Assembly: GCF_046119375.1 (NCBI RefSeq)
Contig: NW_027362761.1
Span: 775,930,001-775,994,000, forward strand
Length of the DNA: 64,000 nt
Direction: 5' to 3'
From: Phyllobates terribilis
Taxonomy: Eukaryota
Made by a program: the position numbers and the translations under genes. Below the pieces are notes generated by a model. It searched no databases. It was given only the letters and a program-made list of their open reading frames with translations, and had not been told where the DNA came from. Below are positions 58,847 through 64,000 of the stretch, in pieces (the first letter of the stretch is position 1; every line of letters starts with the position of its first letter).

Positions 58847-60293
58847 GATCCCACTGCTGTCACCAGTTTGTCAGGGGTATAAGGTGCCAGAGGGAGGTAG
58901 TCATGGGTGTGCTGCTGCTCTATGTCACCCTGTCACTTTTCAGAAAATTTGTGTCCCCAATTAAATGCGCTCTGATGAGGTGGAGCCTCTTCTGGTTCAC
59001 CTACCCATTCAATGGGAGTCTCCACCCGTTCTCCATTGACTCACTGCAACGGACAGGGTTTCTTTTTCTTCTGCCATGCCCATCGGGGGCGGGCACTGCT
59101 CACCAGAGGCTGACCTCTCCAAACAGGGTCCTTCCCAGGCCGGACATATCTTTGCACCCTTTTGGTTTTCCGATGCCCACACGGACGGACCTTCCGCCTC
59201 CCTGTGCGCCATCGTTTACTATCTTTGACCATGCCGCAGTCGCCATCTTTCTCATCACCGGAGCCCTCTGATGCTTTTTGATGCATGGCTCGATCTTGCC
59301 GACTACGCCACTTGTAAGGTGCCAGAGAGCAGTAGTCGTGGGCGAGTTGCTGTTCTATGTCGCCCTGGCACTTTACAGAAAATTTGTGTGCCTGATTAAA
59401 TGTGCTGTGATGTGTGGGGCGCGTAGCACTCACTTGTGGGCCGCAGGCCTCAGCTGTCTCCAGGTCTTCAGTTTCAGGAGCTGCCACAAGTGGATCAGGG
59501 AACACCCAGTTCGCTTCATCATAAAGAACTTTACTCAACAGTCCGTGTATTGCAACTTGTAGTATCGGCCACAACACTTTCTATTCCTCTCATCCACAGC
59601 ATAATGCACCTCCAGATTTTCCTTTCATTCTACCTGGACTATCTCTGCCAGCCCTGCTTTTGTCAGTCCCAGTGATTCCCAGCCCAGTTCCGCAACACGT
59701 CCAAGGTCCATTACTTCTCCCACATGCATCTCCACAACAATCTTCCTATGTATGGAAGGGGTTAAAGTGCTTGCCATAGCACTAGAATCTAGCCTTGAGA
59801 TCCAGACATTACCAGAATATATTTGCAAAGGGAATAATAGTAAGGCCTCGTACTGGCCAGCCAGAACATCATGTACTTTCCTTGGTATCCAGCTCTTGCT
59901 TCCTACACGAACTTGACCTTGGCCCTATCTAACTAACTATCAGGAAGTTCTCCACTGCCTTACTACCTATCCCCTCCCACTGTGGGCTAGTCTTGAACAT
60001 TAACTCTTACCTTTCTCTAATGTCACTAACTACTGTCAACTACCTTATCTTGCCTATGTTATGTCCTGAGCCCTATACTATGTCTTATCCTGCACCATCC
60101 TATGCTTTACACTACTACATTATACATTATCTTATCACACTCTATATCATAATGCATTGCAATTCCCATAATATCACATAACTACACAATATATGCAGAA
60201 AACCGCAGGATATAGTTTACACTACAATATCACCCGATTGGTGTCTTTGTCTTCAGAGGTAGGAACATGATAGTACAATCCACCACCCTTACA
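58847..60293 (-). mobile_element. LTR-retrotransposon remnant G: 981-bp LTR (59313-60293), tRNA-Ser PBS, about 440-bp segment ending in a second LTR-like end, then a tRNA-Leu-like PBS
   Basis: Inverted termini TGTAAGG...CCTTACA. Minus-strand TGGCGTAGTCGGCAAGAT at 59310-59293 and TGGTGACAGCAGTGGGATC at 58865-58847. About 105 bp shared between 58877-58980 and 59313-59420. Confidence 0.75.
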
Positions 60294-60465
60294 GGGGGAT
60301 GCAACTCTGCTGCCTCCAATGGTCAGGACAATTACGCAATGACGAGGCCACGGCTGATTCCAGGAATGGCTCTTATCTTTATGGAGGGAAGTACTCCGAT
60401 TAGAAAAATAGAACACTCTCACAGCGAACTGTCTTCCAGAAATGAACAATGACAGAAACCCAAAC
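60294..60465 (+). pseudogene. Possible L1-clade ORF2 C-terminal remnant
   Basis: Decayed frame ...VRTITQ*...FQEWLLSLWREVLRLEK... resembles LINE ORF2 C-termini. Weak. Confidence 0.3.
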
Positions 60466-60674
60466 TCTGATTTTTATTTTCTCAGTTTATACCCTCATGC
60501 CGCCCCTTGGTGAGCTCATATGGGGGCTAGTTGTGGGATGTGCTAGGTCTGTTAGAATTTTATAAGATCCATAACTTTCAGAATATCTTCTCCCCTGGAG
60601 GTCCCAGGCAGTAGATCTCATGTTCTCCAATGCGATTTTACCTTTCTATATAGATGAAACATGGCAAAGATAGC

Positions 60675-62029
60675 TATGGAGACACGGGGGGTCAGTGGTT
60701 GCTCTCGTCCGCTGGCCCGAGACCGCATGGACCAGGGCTAATCCCACTCAATGCCCGCCCTCCTTTACCGTTGGCATAATACTACTCAGACAACACAAGG
60801 TGAGGGTAAGTGTGGCAATACTTTATTGAACCACCAAACAGACAATAACATATGGAACAGTCCCAATAAAATACCCAAGATGGTGCAAAATTGCACAGTC
60901 TCACGCTTCCGCTGACTCACCAGGATTAGAGCAGCTGCGACTTTGGGGCTTTCAGCGCCGACTACCCTCACCAGTGGCACCCCGCTTTTGGCGGGCACCC
61001 ACAGAGAGGAGGTAACGACAAGCTTAGGAAGCTGACAATCTATTGAGGTATGTGGCCAGGCGACCTGAGGGTTGCAACCTGGCTTCTCCAAACATTTCCA
61101 TGGAGCCAGGTGACCGGTGTATCCCAATCCTGGCTTCCCCAAAACATATCCATTAGGCCAGTTGACCAAAGGGTAACAACCTAGCTTCTCTGAACGTCTC
61201 CATGGGGGCAGGTGACTAGTGGGTCACAATCCTGGCTTCCCTAAACGTTTCCATGGGTTCAGTGATGGTCAATGGAGCAGATCTGTACTCTTTCAGCTAG
61301 GGCCGTGGTCCTTGAGGCTGGCATCCTGTAGAATGTCAAATCTGTGTCCCTCTTGATAGAGCCATGGTGTTCTGGCAGCTGTCCTGTAGAGTGTTCCTGG
61401 CTGTGGTTTTGTAAAGTCCCCGTGATGGAGGCATGGTGTCCTGGCAGATGTCCTGTAGAGTTTTCCTGGCTATGGTTTTGAAAAGTCCCCCTGATGGAGC
61501 CATTGTGTCCTGGCAGCTGTCCTGTAGAGCGTACCTGGTTGTGGTTTTATAAAGTCCCTTCTGATACAGAGGCAAATCCCCCTTTTTATAATTCCCTGCT
61601 CTTTTCCTGCATTTTTCCACAGGATTGGAAGTAAGTGGCAGGAGCTCAACTCTCATTGTTCAAGGGTTTAATCAATCTGCTTAGTTTGTCCTCCTCTCTT
61701 TTGCAAGCCCCCTAGCTACATGGACTTATACAATGAATACTCAACATATTAGCAAACATTGATTGTTAAATGATCCTTCATCCCTGTCCTGCAAAGATAG
61801 AAGACAATAACCTGTAGGAGCTGATTCAAGGGGTAAATAGCAGCCATTCATCAATTCAGAAACATCAATTCAAAAGTCAACATTCATACTCATATGATAA
61901 TAGTCCATGTTACTTGACAAACCGAAGCAATACACAAATTCAATAGTTAGGGTTCAGACAATAACCTTTGTCTCCTGGTCTACTAAAATAGACATCTGGA
62001 TAATGAAAATGAAATACTGTGTCGTAACA
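60675..62029 (-). repeat. Solo LTR (1355 bp) with 5-bp TSD ATAGC
   Basis: ATAGC at 60670-60674 and 62030-62034. Termini TATGG (TG changed to TA)...GTAACA. Minus-strand AATAAA at 60822-60827. Internal 51-bp x4 (about 61060-61262) and 69-bp x3 (about 61364-61565) repeats. Confidence 0.85.
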
Positions 62030-62713
62030 ATAGCATCATCCATTGAACCAATATTAGGTTGGAGAGGTTAGAATGGCCTTACAATGATGTAAGTGAATGC
62101 ATTATGTTTGTCCCTTTACTATGACGGTGAAAATATATCTCCCATAAATATTGGATGGATGCAAACTGCAATATTCAAAACTGACCAGAGGTGCAGTAAC
62201 CAACCACAGAAACTCTACAGTTGATGGAGCCATGCTGTGCAACTATACAACTGAGCACATCTGGCCAACATCAGGAACATGTGATCCGCAGGAGTGCTGG
62301 TTCTCACACTCCTACTGATCAAATATTGATGACATATCCTGAGGATAGGCCATCAATATAAAAGTCCCAAACATTCCCCTTAAGTTTCGACCCTGCTATT
62401 AATAATCATATCCCTAATGACAATGATCACACATCACCTCCAAAACCACCACTTAGTATAGATAGATACATGATTTATGCTGCAACTATAATACCCAAGA
62501 CTTTTCACATTGTAACAAAGCATTACTCCACATCTTCCACATACTTTTCCACACCCTCAGTTATTGTAAAAAAGCAAGTCAGATTTTACTGAGTGGATCA
62601 TGTTAATGTATTTAAAAAATAGCCAAAAATGTTAGACAACTTTCTTCCTGTCAGTTTCCTACTATTTTTCTTCACCCCGTTGGACATCTACTCTTGTAGG
62701 AGTGTAAGATGAA

Positions 62714-63128
62714 AGCACCACTACAGTGTTGTTTTTTTATTGCACCACTGGAGCGGTGCTTTAAATGTAAGTCCCCAGCCCACTGTCTTATACTCACCTG
62801 TCCTCTCCTTCATTATTTTCCAGCGTCGTTCCGGTCCGTCTCCGTCGAAAAGTGACCTGCCAGCGCGCTCCAATGTCTGCTGGAGCGTGTCAAAGGCCAC
62901 TTTTCAATACAAGTCTTTGAGAGCCTCATTCTGGCTCTCATAGACTTGCATTGAGAGCTTGTGACGTACAGTAGCTTCTGACTCCTGGCCAGTCAAGCTA
63001 CTGTCACAAGATGGCGCCGCAGGACCGGAGCAATGTCGGTAAGAGGTGAAGTATATGACCGGGACAGGGGACTTACATTTAAAGCACCACTCCAGCACTG
63101 AATAAAAACAAAATGCTTGAATGGTGCT
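62714..63128. mobile_element. TTAA-target MITE with duplicated internal copies of its termini
   Basis: AGCACCACT...TGGTGCT|TTAA. Inner inverted pair GGAGCGGTGCTTTAAATGTAAGTCCC / GGGACTTACATTTAAAGCACCACTCC. Confidence 0.75.
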
Positions 63129-63459
63129 TTAATGCAGTTATATCCTCAAGACGGAATATAAATTAATTTTCGTAAACTTCAAAGTCAATTTTTCCATCAA
63201 TTACTTCAGCTGGATTCACACATACTTTTATACCAAACTGATCTTTCCTAGTTTTCATGCCTTTTTGTTGCATTTGAATAATCAGCTAAATTGCTCATCA
63301 TGTTCTAAATTCTATTATTCTTTTATGTACATGTAATTGATGCATCATTATTGCAAAAAATCTATAACTTTAGGTTAAAGTTAAGTCGCCCTTACTTTAT
63401 ACTGATAATCACTATCCTTATCTCAGGCACAGCCAGAAAGCAGAGACTGACTGGCTTAA

Positions 63460-63926
63460 AGGGGTTGGACAACCCCTCTTAGCGGGGGGCAACCCCTTCT
63501 TGGGCAACCCCTTCTCAGTCCCTATGTTTTTTCCAGTAAAATAATAACACATATATTCACCTCCGGCGCAGGTGCTGTTGCAGCAGTGTCGGCACTGGCT
63601 CTTCCGGGGATCTCGTCACATTGTTAAGTCACGCAATATCTGCAGCCAGACAGCGCTGGCTTCACTCTCCCTGCTTTCAGACAAATCACATTTATCCAGA
63701 GAAAGTGAGAGAGCAGCAGCGCTCACTGTCTCCGGATGTATGCAATTTGTCCGAAGGCAGGGAGAGTGAAGCCAGCACTGATTGGCCGCGATATCACTAG
63801 ATCCCTAGGAGAGTCAGTGCCGACACCGCTGGAATGGTGCTTGCACCGGAGGTGAGTATAGATATAATTTTACAAGGGGTAAACACAGTGATTGAGAAGC
63901 AGTTGTCCAACTAGTGGACAACCCCT
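63460..63926. mobile_element. TTAA-target MITE (T2/Kolobok-like)
   Basis: TTAA|AGGGGTTG...GGACAACCCCT|TTAG. A related terminus occurs at about 7128. Confidence 0.8.
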
Positions 63927-64000
63927 TTAGTCCACTCATGAAATACTGTATAGATTGTGTAAAAAAATGGGTGATATGTAAAATTTAGTTTTGTCATCTG

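Noticed and set aside
59041-59577. 178-aa minus-strand ORF, and an apparent duplicated integrase-like peptide in another frame
   Set aside because: The region is better explained as LTR, PBS and leader (inverted TGTAAGG termini, PBS 2 nt from the LTR end). The peptide duplication is just the 105-bp LTR-end repeat.

Overview
Repeat-dense vertebrate genomic DNA, probably anuran (inferred from the repeat landscape). No host protein-coding gene, rRNA, tRNA gene or CRISPR array can be supported. The window is dominated by Ty3/Gypsy LTR retrotransposons. A (1-4169) is a young chromovirus cut by the window edge, with an unbroken pol. B (about 16948-19569) is a decayed, internally deleted chromovirus. 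C (20126-26587) is a complete chromovirus with a 5-bp TSD, intact gag and disabled pol. D (27492-35523) is a complete, apparently intact non-chromovirus Gypsy with a 4-bp TSD, about 99.4% identical LTRs and a tRNA-Ser PBS. E (about 36390-41260) is a decayed chromovirus nested in a Tc1 element. Three minus-strand LTR remnants lie at 55-62 kb. Between these are hAT, Tc1, pogo/Tc2-like, PIF/Harbinger-like, TTAA-target and piggyBac-like DNA transposon copies or MITEs, a DIRS/Ngaro-type RT fragment, a Penelope-like tail with a hammerhead-like motif, and several minisatellites. The most notable signals are cis-acting: (1) a Tf1-type self-priming signal in C, (2) slippery heptamer plus H-type pseudoknot -1 frameshift signals in C and D, (3) extra tRNA-primer-binding sites inside or in tandem with LTRs (D and the 58.8-60.3 kb remnant), (4) copy-number-variable tandem arrays inside sister LTRs, and (5) a dUTPase-like insert and a short C-terminal Arg motif in pol of D. 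All comparisons were made by eye, and boundaries marked approximate may be off by tens of bases.
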